The translations under genes were made by a program, and so were the position numbers. DNA of 56,332 nucleotides from Lentisphaeria bacterium (lineage in GTDB: Bacteria; Verrucomicrobiota; Lentisphaeria; JABSQK01; JAWLHB01): contig JAWLHB010000003.1 of NCBI GenBank assembly GCA_041690595.1, forward strand, positions 248,001 through 304,332. The letters are read 5' to 3'. Within the stretch, counting starts at the first letter, position 1; the number at the start of each line of letters is the position of its first letter. The notes under the pieces were generated by a model. It saw only the letters and a list, made by a program, of their open reading frames with translations. It had not been told where the DNA came from and did not search any database. Positions 55,334-56,332 of the stretch are shown in pieces.

Positions 55334-56001
55334 GTTTCACGCAGGGTATAGCCGACGCCGCGTACCGTGTGGATCAGTTTCTGACTGAAGTCGTCGTCGA
55401 TCTTGCGACGCAAATAGCGAATGTAGACATCGATGACGTTGCTGTCGTTGTCAAAGTGAATATCCCACACATGTTCGAGTATGGACGTTCTGGTAAGGAT
55501 ACGGTTTCGATTACGCAGAAGGTACTCCAACAGGGCATACTCCCGGGCGGTGAGTTCGATATCGCGGCCGCCGCGCATCACCTTGTGCCGGGCCGGGTCC
55601 ATGACGAGATCCGCGACGATCAGCTTGGTCGGGGTCAGCGCATCGCCACGCCGCAGGAGGGCGCGAATGCGGGCGACGAACTCATCAAAGGAAAAGGGCT
55701 TCGTCAGGTAATCATCCGCGCCTCTGTCCAGCCCCTCGATCTTGTCCCCGACACTGTCCCGCGCCGTGAGCATCAGGATCGGCAAGGTAGCACCTTGCTT
55801 GCGTACGCGTTCCGTGAGTGAAAAGCCATCGAGATACGGCAGCATGACATCAAGGACGGCAAGATCATAATCACCAGAGAGAAGCGGGGCAATGGCGTCT
55901 GTGCCGTTATCCACATGATCGACCGCGTAGGCCTCTTCGCGCAGTCCTTTCAGGATGAAGCGCGCCACTGCCTGGTTATCCTCGACAAGCAAAATGCGCA
56001 T
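55330..56001 (-). CDS. OmpR/PhoB family response regulator
   Basis: MRILLVED, LDVMLP, LMLTARD, GADDYLTKPF, IDVYIRYLRRK, TVRGVGY; AGGAGAG RBS. Confidence 0.95.
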   Translation of the reverse strand: MRILLVEDNQAVARFILKGLREEAYAVDHVDNGTDAIAPLLSGDYDLAVLDVMLPYLDGFSLTERVRKQGATLPILMLTARDSVGDKIEGLDRGADDYLTKPFSFDEFVARIRALLRRGDALTPTKLIVADLVMDPARHKVMRGGRDIELTAREYALLEYLLRNRNRILTRTSILEHVWDIHFDNDSNVIDVYIRYLRRKIDDDFSQKLIHTVRGVGYTLRET

Positions 56002-56322
56002 GACTCTCCTCTTTGTCTCTTCCTCATTATCGTCTTGCCTAAAATGCATCGGCTTCAGGCAAGATCAAGATGCGTCTCCATTAGAGAACTCTCATGGAAC
56101 GGTTGTTGCCGCCAGCCGCCAGCGCGATATGCTGGATAGGTAACAATCACCCTTTCCTGAAGTGGAGCCGACTACGCATGTCAGGCAAATCCAAGGCTAT
56201 TCCCGTTCGCTCGTGCCGAATGGCAGTCATGCCCGCGGTAAGCGTCAAAAATACCCCATGGTGAATATTCGCTTGCTCGTGCGCACAGTATCTCCTGTGA
56301 CTTGAACCCCCTACAGGAGATC

Positions 56323-56332
56323 ATGAGGATGA
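56323..56332 (+). CDS. Probable start of a gene truncated by the window edge
   Basis: AGGAGA followed closely by ATG codons (56323 and in-frame 56329) at the end of the window. Confidence 0.35.

Overview
GC-rich, gene-dense bacterial chromosome segment with about 40 CDSs. I found no rRNA, tRNA, CRISPR array, integrase or transposase. The gene repertoire suggests an anaerobic or facultative carbohydrate degrader, possibly PVC superphylum/Lentisphaerota-like (inference only). From left to right: (1) LacI-regulated operon with class-III aminotransferase, enlarged M20 hydrolase and Gfo/Idh/MocA oxidoreductase; (2) two membrane proteins and two more Gfo/Idh/MocA genes; (3) Ni/Co ECF module (M-L-Q, no ATPase) behind a sigma70 promoter with a NikR-like palindrome, running into a NagA-like deacetylase and two large secreted CAZyme-like proteins; (4) an unusual sugar ABC system, with a solute-binding protein fused to a permease plus a second permease carrying five GH42-like helical repeats; (5) MEMO1/AMMECR1 pair, SNF2 ATPase, prfA and an ArnT-like glycosyltransferase; (6) the best candidate for an undescribed system, a tightly packed operon of one glycyl-radical activase, two different intact-looking glycyl radical enzymes and a TauE/SafE transporter; (7) rmlA, prc and a giant coiled-coil/TPR protein; (8) ECF sigma factor, rhomboid, pyrD, TIM-barrel isomerase, Xis/BldC-like HTH protein, iscA-orf-nfu, a divergent transketolase-like enzyme and an OmpR-type two-component system. 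All family calls are by motif recognition; no database searches were run.
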